This document shows positions 42,993 through 51,788 of a DNA stretch of 64,000 bases, in pieces. Made by a program: the position numbers and the translations under genes. Position 1 is the stretch's first letter. The number at the start of each line of letters is the position of its first letter. The stretch covers positions 256,001-320,000 of the forward strand of contig CAWDVE010000016.1 of the NCBI GenBank assembly GCA_963805625.1. The letters run 5' to 3'. The stretch comes from an uncultured Candidatus Rokubacteria bacterium. GTDB lineage: Bacteria > Methylomirabilota > Methylomirabilia > Rokubacteriales > DASRDR01. The notes under the pieces were generated by a model that saw only the letters and a list, made by a program, of their open reading frames with translations, was not told where the DNA came from and did not search any database.

Positions 42993-43009
42993 TTCAAGCG
43001 ACGTGCCAA
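42993..43009 (-). promoter_or_regulatory. Putative sigma54 promoter for the PEP-CTERM gene
   Basis: TTGGCACGTCGCTTGAA has correct GG-N10 spacing but GA instead of GC at -12. An AT-rich tract lies upstream. Confidence 0.45.
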
Positions 43010-43527
43010 TCGATGTCCAAGCGGCTGCATGGCGTTATAGTTTGCATACATTCTCATCTACTTCAATCGGGCATATATACTTTTTACCCTACCTCGGTCA
43101 AATGGCTTTCGGTTAGTATGCAACGGTTTGCGCGCGCTGCAAAAAAGACCTCCAAAGGAGAAGCCAGAAGCATGCAGGAAAAGAAGCGGCCTCTCTTCAG
43201 ACCAGCGTTGACACCCCCCGGGATAGGTGTCCTCGATCTGAACCCCCTTTCACGCGCCCGGGTCGGGTTTCATCAGGGCCCGCCCAACCCTGTGGCGGGA
43301 TTGCTCAAGACCGCGCACAGCGAAAGGCGTCTGGATAACGCCGAGCCCAGGCATGTCCGATCGGAGCCTCGTCCCGAAGCGGGTCTGGAAATCCGTCAAC
43401 GGAGCATCGGGGGTCGCCACCACAGTCCCCATAGGCCTTCGGAGTTCGCTCGAAGCTTCCCGTCAGGTGAGCAGTCCCACATTCGAACAGCGGGGTCGTC
43501 CCTGGCCACCGTAGATTGGAGAAGAAT

Positions 43528-44445
43528 GTGCTCACGCCGCAACGGATCCGCCCCGCGCTGTGGTTGGTATCGCTCGTGCTGGTCGCGGCGCCGAGCCTGA
43601 GCGCCGGCGCACAGCTCACGCTGACATGGACCGACAAGGCGACCAACGAGACTGGCTACCGCGTCGAGCGGAAGACCGGCAGCACTGGCACCTACAGCCA
43701 AATCGCCGTGCTGGGCGCGAACAGCATCAGTTACGTCGATCCCAGCCTCGCCGGATCGACCACGTACTGCTACCGAGTCCGCGCCTACAACGCCGCCGGT
43801 GTATCCACCTACTCCAACGAGGCCTGTGCGACGACCGCGTCGACCGCACTCACGCTCACGGTGAAGCGCTCGGGAACCGGCAACGGGTACGTCTACAGCT
43901 CGCCGACTGGCATCAGCTGTGGCAGCGACTGTAGCCAAAGCTATCCGAGCGGGACCGTGGTCACGCTCACCGCCATGGCGAGCGCAGGCTCCCGCTTCGC
44001 GGGATGGAGCGGCGGCGGATGCAGCGGCACGGGAAAGTGCACGATGAGCGGCAATGTGAGCACGACGATCACGGCGACGTTCACGGTGCTGAGCACGGCC
44101 CGCAGAGCGCCCGCGGAGTTCGGCCAGAGCATCGGCCATCCGACGCTCGCCCGTGCAGTTAGCTCAACGATCTCGACTTGGCCGAGCCGGGAGGCATCGA
44201 TGGGCAGCGCATGGAGATGGCCAGGATCGTATAGACCGGGCTCGCCACTTGGTCGCGCCCGCACGGGTGCTGACCTCATGATGGACGACGGGGTCGCCGC
44301 GCTCTTCGAGGGTCTGGCGCAGGAGAGCGTGCTGGGATCCGGCCGTGCCCCGCTCCGCGTGGGCCATCGGGCCGTCGACAGGTTCCTGGCCGTGGCCATC
44401 CAGCGACGGGCCGACCATGTCCTCAGAGGGGCTTCGAGCGGCTAG
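43528..44445 (+). CDS. Secreted FN3 + InlB-B-repeat-like protein; tail after ~44090 is probably read-through
   Basis: Signal peptide; LTWTD..NETGYRVER..YCYRVRAYN..YSNEAC; GISCGSDC..VTLTA..FAGWSGGGC..TATF. Confidence 0.75.
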   Translation: MLTPQRIRPALWLVSLVLVAAPSLSAGAQLTLTWTDKATNETGYRVERKTGSTGTYSQIAVLGANSISYVDPSLAGSTTYCYRVRAYNAAGVSTYSNEACATTASTALTLTVKRSGTGNGYVYSSPTGISCGSDCSQSYPSGTVVTLTAMASAGSRFAGWSGGGCSGTGKCTMSGNVSTTITATFTVLSTARRAPAEFGQSIGHPTLARAVSSTISTWPSREASMGSAWRWPGSYRPGSPLGRARTGADLMMDDGVAALFEGLAQESVLGSGRAPLRVGHRAVDRFLAVAIQRRADHVLRGASSG

Positions 44446-44773
44446 CTGCCCTTGCGCGCCCTGGGGGCTCCGATCCCTGGCCACGAACGGGCGCCGCGCT
44501 CGGAATGCTGCCCGCGAGCTTGGTGAGCGCGGCCTCGTACTCGGCCACGGCCGCGTCGGTGCTCCGCTCCTCGGCCGTCCGCCGTCCGCCTGGGTCTCGA
44601 CGTACGCTAGGGCCAGCCCCTCGTGCTCCGACGGGATCACGACGACATCGGCGAGATTCAGATAGTCGACCATACCCGCGCGTGCTCGACCCATCCCACG
44701 AAGCGGAACCGGTGCCGGATCCCATCGGAGTTAGAGGCCCCCTCCATTGCCGCACGGCTCTGTCCGTCGCCCA
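44445..44773 (-). pseudogene. GT4 glycosyltransferase C-terminal remnant
   Basis: GDG..RFRFVGWVEH, then a frameshift to YLNLADVVVIPSEHEGLALAYVETQA, then an internal deletion before AVAEYEAAL. Confidence 0.75.
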
Positions 44774-45320
44774 GACAACAACCTGACACGCAAGGTCTCG
44801 CTCGCCGACGCGGACTACATCGCAATGGTGAAGGGCCTGGTCGCGGGCGCGACGAACGCCGCGCTTGCACTCGCCGCCGGCGCGAAGCCGCCGGCGCTTG
44901 GCACCGTGCTCGGCGCGGGCATCATCGGGTTTCTCGGCTACGGCGTGAGCCTGGCGTTGTTCGTGCTCGCCCTGCGCCAGCTTGGCACGGCGCGCACCGG
45001 CGCCTATTTTTCGACTGCGCCATTTGCGGGCGCCGTCATCGCCGTTGCGCTCCTCCGAGAGCCGCTGACCACGACGCTCGCGATTGCCGCGGTCCTGATG
45101 GCCGTGGGCGTCTGGCTGCACCTTACCGAGCGGCGCAAGCACCGGCACGCGCACGAGCCCGTGGAGCACACCCACGAGCACGGGCATGACGCGCATCATC
45201 AGCACGCCCACGGCGAGCCGGTCGCTCCGGGAACGCGGCACACGCACACACACTGGCATGAGCATTGACGCACTCGCATCCCCACTATCCGGACGCGCAT
45301 CACCGCCACGGCCACCGCTC
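44774..45320 (+). pseudogene. EamA/DMT transporter with His-rich tail, 5'-truncated and frameshifted
   Basis: Starts abruptly at DNNLTRKVS; contains LGYGVSL..LGTARTGAYFSTAPF. The His-rich tail continues out of frame as THSHPHYPDAHHRH. Confidence 0.8.
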
Positions 45321-45648
45321 CTGGTCGGGCGACAGTCGTTTCTGGGAGGCCGAACCCGAACATTGACCCACCCGCCCGGGGGCTCTGATCTCCCGCCATG
45401 GCCCGACTAACGGTCAAATGCACGCGGGATTTCAGATCCCGCCCCTGCCACACAAGGTGAGCTCGACATTTCTGCGGGATTTCAGCGCGCCAGGCTCACC
45501 ACTTTGCCACATTGCCCGGCACGACTCGGCATTCCGGGGCACCCTGGGGCACTCATGAGTCGTCGCGGACGGCGCTGGGTCGGCCCCACGGAACCCCCCG
45601 CACGAGCGAAGAAATCCCGCGCTGGATGTGGTACCCTGCGGGTCCGGG

Positions 45649-45724
45649 GCCGACGTAGCTCAGTTGGTAGAGCAGTCGATTCGTAATCGACAGGTCATCG
45701 GTTCAAGTCCGATCGTCGGCTCCA
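45649..45724 (+). tRNA. tRNA-Thr (anticodon CGT)
   Basis: 76 nt. Acceptor stem gccgacg/cgtcggc, D-arm AGCTCAGTTGGTAGAGC, anticodon arm gtcga-ttCGTaa-tcgac, T-loop TTCAAGT, encoded CCA. Confidence 0.97.
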
Positions 45725-45796
45725 GTCTTTCCAGCACTTCCACCACGCCGCTCCCGCCATCGATCGAAACTGTGCGGGATTTGTGCGGGTGCGCCC

Positions 45797-46996
45797 TCAC
45801 CGGCCGGTGTCGGCGGCGTTCTGGATCCGCGTGACGGTTCCGGCGGGTCGGATCGCTAGGCTGGCCTGGGTTCGAGCGAGCGCCTCGCGGAGGTCGTCTT
45901 CGGCCACGATCCGGTAGCGCCGATACACACTCGCCGTCTTGTGCCCGCTGAGGGCCATGGCCACGGCCTGGCTGACTCCGGCGCGATCCATGTTCCGCAC
46001 GGCCGACCGCCGGAGGTCGTGGAAGAGGGTCCCGGACACCCCGGCCGCCGCGCAGGCGGTCTCCCACGCCTTCCGGAAATCGCCGACCGGCTGGCCGTCG
46101 CGGTGAAAGACGAGCGGGGACAGCGCCGACGTTCCATCGGGCGTCTGATACTCGCGCGCTGCCCAGCGGCGCTCGATGAGGGCGGCTAGGTTCCCGAGGA
46201 GCGGGAGGACGCGTGGCTCGCCGTTCTTAGAGTGCTCGCGTCGCAGCACAATGCGCTCGCCACCCCGGTCCACGTCGGGCCACCCGAGCGTCTGCACCTC
46301 ACCCTTGCGCCAGCCAGAGAGATAGGCGAACTGGGCCACGTCCTGGAGATCCGCCGGTAGCACCGACACCACCCGCTCGAAGGCGGCGGGCTCGAGGAAG
46401 CCCTGCCGGGCGGCGGTTTCCTTGAGAAGCTCGACCGCGGGCGCCACACTCAGGCGTTTCTGGCGCACGGCCAGTCGGAACGCGCGGATGAGCGCCGCGA
46501 GCTCGCGGTTCACTGTGGCGGGGGACACGCGGCGCTTGCCGATCCCGTAGCGCGTCCGGATGAGGCTGGCGAGTCGATCGGCCTTGTACCGTTCGATCCG
46601 GGCCTCGGTGACGTCGATGGCGCGGTCCTCGCCAAAGGTGGCGCGGAGCGGGCGGAGGCGCCAGCGGAGCCCACGCGCGGAGCGGCGCCTGTTGTTCTGG
46701 TAGTCCAGCTCCAGGGCAACGAATAGCTCCTCCATCCGGACCTTGTCCTCGCCGAACACGAACCGGCCGCGGCCGATCTCTTTCCAACGCTTCTTCAGCT
46801 TCCGCCAGGCGTCCACCTCGCGTTCGCTCTTGGTCGACTCGCGGTAATCCCGCCCCTGGTGGCTATATCGAATCGACCAGATGCGTCCGCGCCGGTAGGC
46901 ATACCCGAAGCCATGGGGGATGCTCTTTGGGCGCGCGGTATCAGCGTCGGGCTCGATCGGCGTCTCGGGGTCAGTGCGGAGTTGCTCGTCGCTCAT
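45797..46996 (-). CDS. Tyrosine recombinase/integrase
   Basis: Catalytic motifs SGWRKGE, KNG, FHDLRRS and GHKT..RY; ATVNRELA in the core-binding domain. Confidence 0.95.
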   Translation of the reverse strand: MSDEQLRTDPETPIEPDADTARPKSIPHGFGYAYRRGRIWSIRYSHQGRDYRESTKSEREVDAWRKLKKRWKEIGRGRFVFGEDKVRMEELFVALELDYQNNRRRSARGLRWRLRPLRATFGEDRAIDVTEARIERYKADRLASLIRTRYGIGKRRVSPATVNRELAALIRAFRLAVRQKRLSVAPAVELLKETAARQGFLEPAAFERVVSVLPADLQDVAQFAYLSGWRKGEVQTLGWPDVDRGGERIVLRREHSKNGEPRVLPLLGNLAALIERRWAAREYQTPDGTSALSPLVFHRDGQPVGDFRKAWETACAAAGVSGTLFHDLRRSAVRNMDRAGVSQAVAMALSGHKTASVYRRYRIVAEDDLREALARTQASLAIRPAGTVTRIQNAADTGR

Positions 46997-47214
46997 GATC
47001 GAGCTCCCTTCCGCTTGGGCCGCGGCGTCTTCGGGATGAGATCCCGCACGGTGATCCCGAGCGCGCTCGCGAGCTTCTCCAAGGTGTCCAGGGTGGGGCT
47101 CATCTTGCCGGCCTCGATGCGCTGGACAGTGACGTAGGAGACGCCGGACTCCGCTCCGAGCTTCCGCAAGGACCAGCCGCGCCGCTCACGCCATCGGCGG
47201 AGGAGTGTGTCCAT
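46993..47214 (-). CDS. XRE-family HTH regulator
   Basis: LRRWRERRGWSLRKL..SGVSYVTVQRIEAG..PTLDTLEKLA. Confidence 0.9.
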   Translation of the reverse strand: MDTLLRRWRERRGWSLRKLGAESGVSYVTVQRIEAGKMSPTLDTLEKLASALGITVRDLIPKTPRPKRKGARS

Positions 47215-47254
47215 GCCGACGATGTTAGCTGATGCGCTCTCGTTAGTCAATGAG

Positions 47255-47614
47255 CTATCGACCCTGGCGAGCCTGGATATACCGCTCGATCCCGTGGGCG
47301 GAAAAGCGAAGGGATCGCCCAAGCCGGACGGTGAAGGGAATTTTGCCGGCGCGGCGGTAGAGCCAGTCGGGGGAGACGCCGAGCCGCCGGGCCGCCTCGT
47401 CCACGTCGAGAAGCCGTTCGTGGTCCGGGACCTCCGACGGGGGGATCGCCGGGGAGGGCACGACGGCTAGCGCCGCAAGGGCCGCGAGGGCACGGAGCAC
47501 GAGCGCCTGGCGAGCCTCCAGCGGCAGCGTCCCGGCCCTTGTCGGGTCGGCCGCGAGCTCGTCGAGGGTAGGGACGGCCGACAGGCTCACGCGGGCCGCG
47601 GTCAAATGCGTCAC
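47255..47614 (-). CDS. Excisionase-like HTH_17 protein
   Basis: LLDVDEAARRLGVSPDWLYR..PFTVRLGRSLRF. Confidence 0.85.
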   Translation of the reverse strand: MTHLTAARVSLSAVPTLDELAADPTRAGTLPLEARQALVLRALAALAALAVVPSPAIPPSEVPDHERLLDVDEAARRLGVSPDWLYRRAGKIPFTVRLGRSLRFSAHGIERYIQARQGR

Positions 47615-48030
47615 CGCAGTTCCTCGATCCGGCCTCGGATTGCCAGTTGCCGAAGCGCTTGCCGCGAAGTCGGGCTCCCGGAGCTCCAGAATCCCGGTTT
47701 GGCGGTCAGAGCCGTACACTCGCCCGCGCCATCCGAAGCGGCGGCCCGGTGGGCTGACCCGGAACCGCCAAGGGCCAGCGTCGCCCCCTGGAGCGTATCG
47801 GACTGAGCGGTAGTCTCCTCACCGCGGCGCTGCCGACTGAGCGCCGCCCGGCACCGTGGCGAGCAGGCGGTCCGCTGACGACCGGATAGCGGCCGGCCAC
47901 AGGCGCCGCAGCAGGACCCCTCCACAAGCGCACGCTCGGGTTCTGTGCCCTTCTCGTCGGCTGGGCCAGGGGAAGCCACCCGGAATGGGCTCACTTGGGC
48001 TTCAGCGGGCGTCGGCGGGTCGCTCATCAT
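47611..48030 (-). CDS. Hypothetical Zn-finger protein
   Basis: CGACGRPL..CSPRCR motif; stop overlaps the excisionase start. Confidence 0.6.
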   Translation of the reverse strand: MMSDPPTPAEAQVSPFRVASPGPADEKGTEPERALVEGSCCGACGRPLSGRQRTACSPRCRAALSRQRRGEETTAQSDTLQGATLALGGSGSAHRAAASDGAGECTALTAKPGFWSSGSPTSRQALRQLAIRGRIEELR

Positions 48031-48220
48031 CGGGTCCGGACCCTATCGTCGGGAAGGGGACGAGCGCGGGACCATCGCCACCGCGCCGTCCATCGCCAGC
48101 TTGGCCATCGCCACGGTGTAGGCGACGGACGGCGACAAGGTCAGCCCGATGAGAGGTGGAGCACCCGCGGGCGTTGCATCCCACGTTGTTCTGACCCGGG
48201 GGCAGGGACTGACCGGTCAT
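48002..48220 (-). CDS. Small hypothetical protein
   Basis: ATGA coupling to the DnaB stop; no motif. Confidence 0.3.
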   Translation of the reverse strand: MTGQSLPPGQNNVGCNARGCSTSHRADLVAVRRLHRGDGQAGDGRRGGDGPALVPFPTIGSGPDDERPADAR

Positions 48221-49188
48221 GGGGCTTCCGAGCGGGCGGCCGCCTCGACGAACCGCCCCAGCCGCCTCTGGAAGAGGTAGGCCCCCTCGGTTGCTTGGCC
48301 ATGGCGGTTTTTGGCCAGGTAGAGGCGGACGAGCAACGGGTCCTTCTGCTCCGGGCGGTCCTCGGCGGTCCAGAGGAACAGGATCGCGTCGGCCTCCTCC
48401 TCCACGTTCCCGCTGTCCCGGAGGTCGGCCAACCGCGGCCGCGGGGAGTCCCGGCGCTCGACGTCCCGGTTGAGTTGGTGCAAAGCGACGATCGGGACGC
48501 CGAGTTGTTTGGCGGTCGCCTTGAGCCCCTGTGCGAGCTCCCCGACTTCGAGGTAGCGGCTGTCCCGGCGCGTGCCTCGCATCTTGCCGAGGTGGTCGAC
48601 GAAGACCGCCTGCGCGCCATGTCGGATCACGGCGCGGCGGATCTGCGCCGCGGCAGCCGCGACGGTCGGCGCCGTGGCATCCCAGAGATGGAAGCGACTG
48701 CGGGCGATTGCCTCCAGCACCTTCGGCAGTTCGCCAGGTGCGTACCGGCCGGCTCGGAGGTCCTGGGTGCTCTTGCCCAGCATCAACCCCTGGAGGCGCA
48801 GGCCGATCTCCTCGGTCCGCATCTCCAGGGTCGCGAAGAGCACCGGGTGCCGCCCCACCACGCTCAACTGGTGGGCGAGCTGGAGGCCCAGGGCGGTCTT
48901 CCCCATCCCGGGGCGCCCCGCGATGACCACGAGGTTCCCGCGTCGCAACCCGTCGCACGCTTCGTCCAAGATCCGAAGTCCCGTGGGCAGCCCTGGATCG
49001 GCCGGGGCCGCGACCATGAAGGCGGCAAACTGCTCAGGCGTGAGGATCCCGCTCGCCGTGCGCGAAGTCTCTAAGTCGAGCAGCGCGCTCACGATCGTCG
49101 CGACGACCGCGGTCGTCGTGGCGGACCCGTCCGATTCGGCCGCCTGAATGGTCAGCTCGCGCCCGATCTGGCGCACGCGCGGGGGCAT
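48217..49188 (-). CDS. DnaB-like helicase, C-terminal domain (N-terminal domain missing)
   Basis: PTGL..LD, AGRPGMGKT, TLEM, VDHL, LHQLNR, PRLADLRDSGNVEEEAD and AKNRHG motifs. Confidence 0.9.
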   Translation of the reverse strand: MPPRVRQIGRELTIQAAESDGSATTTAVVATIVSALLDLETSRTASGILTPEQFAAFMVAAPADPGLPTGLRILDEACDGLRRGNLVVIAGRPGMGKTALGLQLAHQLSVVGRHPVLFATLEMRTEEIGLRLQGLMLGKSTQDLRAGRYAPGELPKVLEAIARSRFHLWDATAPTVAAAAAQIRRAVIRHGAQAVFVDHLGKMRGTRRDSRYLEVGELAQGLKATAKQLGVPIVALHQLNRDVERRDSPRPRLADLRDSGNVEEEADAILFLWTAEDRPEQKDPLLVRLYLAKNRHGQATEGAYLFQRRLGRFVEAAARSEAP

Positions 49189-49197
49189 TCTCGTCGT

Positions 49198-49434
49198 CTA
49201 CTCCAGCCGCGCCGTCACCGGCACGCCGAGCCGTCGCCGCGTCCGAGCCCACAGGGTCGTACTGGCCTTACGCGACAGGCCGACCGTCCCCGCGAAAACG
49301 AGAAAGCCGGCCTCGTCGTTCGCCCGCGCCAGATCGACCAGCGCCATCGCGGGCTCGGTGTGGAGCCCGCCGGCCACGAGCACAAGAGCCGCCACCACGA
49401 ACGACACCACCTCCGCGCGCGTCGGCAGGATCAC
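49198..49434 (-). CDS. Hypothetical protein
   Basis: Co-oriented 78-aa ORF with a hydrophobic N-terminus. Confidence 0.45.
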   Translation of the reverse strand: MILPTRAEVVSFVVAALVLVAGGLHTEPAMALVDLARANDEAGFLVFAGTVGLSRKASTTLWARTRRRLGVPVTARLE

Positions 49435-49469
49435 GGCTTCTTGACTTCCATCTCTCCGGTGGAGTCTAG

Positions 49470-49742
49470 CGGTCGCCCTGCAGGGAGACGGTGAAGGCCC
49501 GAACGCCGGCCCCGACGTACTCGGGGAGGACGGCCAGGAAACTCGTCCGTGTTCGCCTCGGGGTCAAAGCTCGGCAATGTGGTGTCCTCGAAGACGGCAT
49601 TCACCATCCGCACGTTCATCAGCCGGCCTTTCGCGTCCGCCCCGGGGTAGGTCACTCTCTCGTTGATGTAGAAGTGCGATCCGACGATGCTCACGTGGGT
49701 GCCGCCCGATGAGGACGGCGCGGCCGTCGGCGACAACGTCAA
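49470..49742 (-). pseudogene. Frameshifted downstream domain of the 49739-51109 gene (possibly glycoside-hydrolase-like)
   Basis: FYINERVTYPG..GRLMNVRMVNAVFED..FDPEANTDEF, then a frameshift to LAVLPEYVGAGVRAFTVSLQG, then truncation. Confidence 0.55.
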
Positions 49743-51109
49743 GGTCGTTGGTCAACGACCGTGAAGCTCTGCGTCTTCGCGGTGCCACGTGTCCCCCCCG
49801 CGGAGGCCTGCGTGTACGGGGTGGCGGTCACGCTGTGGGTGCCGAGCGACGGCGTCCAGGCGGTGTAGTTGTCCCCGGCGCCGCCGGCGAGCGCGTACGG
49901 GTTCTCGTTCTCTATCCGGTAGTTCGCGTTGCTGTCATACCCGAACCGCACGCTGCCGACGGTGGACGGCGCAGTGTTCGCGCGGATGTTGAGTCTTCGG
50001 GTCGGCAGCGTGGCGAGGTTCAGCGTGGCGCCGTTCGGCAAGGGATCGTACCCGGGGATGGGCGCGTCGGTATCGGCGTTGATGAGGGTCAAGCTCACCA
50101 CCGTCGGCGACAACGTCGTTTGGTCAACGACCGTGAAGCTCTGCGTCTTCGCGGTGCCACGTGTCCCCCCCGCGGAGGCCTGCGTGTACGGGGTGGCGGT
50201 CACGCTGTGGGTGCCGAGCGACGGCGTCCAGGCGGTGTAGTTGTCCCCGGCGCCGCCGGCGAGCGCGTACGGGTTCTCGTTCTCTATCCGGTAGTTCGCG
50301 TTGCTGTCATACCCGAACCGCACGCTGCCGACGGTGGACGGCGCAGTGTTCGCGCGGATGTTGAGTCTTCGGGTCGGCAGCGTGGCGAGGTTCAGCGTGG
50401 CGCCGTTCGGCAAGGGATCGTACCCGGGGATGGGCGCGTCGGTATCGGCGTTGATGAGGGTCAAGCTCACCACACTCTGGGTCTGCGTCGTGGGAGGAGA
50501 AGCCGCGGTGAAGGTCGCGCCGACCGTGACGGGCGCGTTGCCCGTGAACGTGCACGGGGCCGTGCCGGTGCACCCGCCGCCGCTCCAGCCGCCGAACGTC
50601 GAGCCACTTACGGCCGTGGCAGACACCGTGACCACCGTGCCGCTCGAGTACGTCTCGACGCAGTCCGTGCCGCAGCTGATTCCGGTCGGGTTACTGGTCA
50701 CGGTTCCCTGGCCGGTTCCACCGACGCTCACCGTGACGGCAAGGCCGCTCGCCGTGTCTCCGCAGGCTTCGTTCGAGTACGGTGACGACCCAGCGTCGTC
50801 GTACGCCTGGACCCGGTAGCAGTAGGTGATCCCGGCGGTGACGGTCCCGTCCGTGTATCCAGTGACGCCGGGAGGCTGTTGGACGAGATCTATGTATCCG
50901 GTGTCTGTACTGACTCGCCGCTGCACATTGACGGCGGCCTGTCCTCCCGAGTTGTCGACCCACGTCAACTGGAGCTGACCGGCGACGGCCGCCTGGCTTG
51001 TGAGGGCGACCACTAGCGCCAGCAGGGTCGCGCCCACGTCGAGTCGGGCGCGGCGGCCGGAGTGTTGGAATGATCGGACGACTCGCGATCCGCGGACATC
51101 CATGGGCAT
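49739..51109 (-). CDS. Secreted FN3 + InlB-B-like + two Ig-like repeat protein (probably frameshift-truncated)
   Basis: Signal peptide; YCYRVQAY..YSNEAC; GISCGTDC..FGGWSGGGC; two identical ~118-aa domains. Confidence 0.8.
   Translation of the reverse strand: MPMDVRGSRVVRSFQHSGRRARLDVGATLLALVVALTSQAAVAGQLQLTWVDNSGGQAAVNVQRRVSTDTGYIDLVQQPPGVTGYTDGTVTAGITYCYRVQAYDDAGSSPYSNEACGDTASGLAVTVSVGGTGQGTVTSNPTGISCGTDCVETYSSGTVVTVSATAVSGSTFGGWSGGGCTGTAPCTFTGNAPVTVGATFTAASPPTTQTQSVVSLTLINADTDAPIPGYDPLPNGATLNLATLPTRRLNIRANTAPSTVGSVRFGYDSNANYRIENENPYALAGGAGDNYTAWTPSLGTHSVTATPYTQASAGGTRGTAKTQSFTVVDQTTLSPTVVSLTLINADTDAPIPGYDPLPNGATLNLATLPTRRLNIRANTAPSTVGSVRFGYDSNANYRIENENPYALAGGAGDNYTAWTPSLGTHSVTATPYTQASAGGTRGTAKTQSFTVVDQRP
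49748..50473. repeat. Direct repeat, 2 x 354 bp, period 372 bp
   Basis: 49748-50101 and 50120-50473 read identically by eye and give identical translations in several frames. Confidence 0.92.
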
Positions 51110-51164
51110 CCCCTCCCGTTAGAACGGTAGACAGCGATCGCGGGGAGCCCTTCGTCCAACCCTT

Positions 51165-51248
51165 CTTCGGCAGCCTGGCTGCTAAGCGCCATCGCTTGGC
51201 CCATGGCTTTGCGTCCCCGCCTCACGACGGGTTTGCCTTTATCGGGAA
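51165..51248 (-). ncRNA. c-di-GMP-I (GEMM) riboswitch
   Basis: CGATAAAGGCAAACCCGTC-GTGA-GGCGGGGACGCAAAGCCATGGGCC...CAGCCAGGCTGCCGAA matches GGCAAACC/GNRA/GGGACGCAAAGC/..GCCG. Located ~55 nt upstream of the CDS. Confidence 0.9.
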
Positions 51249-51764
51249 GGGTTCCCACTACCGTAAAGCTGCGGCAAGTCAGTGCAAGGAATGTACAATC
51301 TTCGACAATGGGGTGGGGTCGCTTAAATTAGCTCAAGAGTACGGCTAGTTAGGACCGACCGTCCAGTTTCGACCACAGCCAGCTGAGTAAGATTCACTCG
51401 AGAAGGTGGGTCAAAATGGCCGTGCGGGGCATCTTCGTGTCAGCCGCCGAGTTTACACGATCCGCCCAGCGATCGAGTCCGTTGTCCCGTCACCGCTCCT
51501 GGCGGTGTCATGGATCGTCTGATCCGGTCTCTGACCTCCGTCGGCGTCAGCGACGGGACCCAGGGATACGCCAGCGCCATCAGCTCGGCCCGCCCGCCGC
51601 GATGGCGCGGGCCAGGGCGGCTGGCTCGGCTCGCAGGAGTATGATCGCTTTTCCAATCTCTGGCGTTGACAGCGGCCGCCGGTTTTCCAGGGCATTCAGG
51701 AGTCCCGGGATCAACGTCCCGAGGCGTCCCTCGAGCGCAGCGTGCCTCTCGTGCGTGGCGAGGC

Positions 51765-51788
51765 AGTCCTTCGCCAGAACCTCATCCG
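51765..51788. repeat. IS terminal inverted repeat (left)
   Basis: Reverse complement of 51764-51788 matches 61549-61573 at 20/25 nt. Confidence 0.7.

Larger units (their letters stand above)
45725..49470 (-). mobile_element. Truncated integrative element at tRNA-Thr
   Basis: Integrase next to the tRNA 3' end, plus XRE, excisionase, Zn-finger and DnaB genes. No second att copy was seen. Confidence 0.8.

Noticed and set aside
51580-51764. A gene split by the IS-bounded interval and continuing beyond 61575
   Set aside because: Joining the flanks gives a short open frame with no start codon or recognisable protein.
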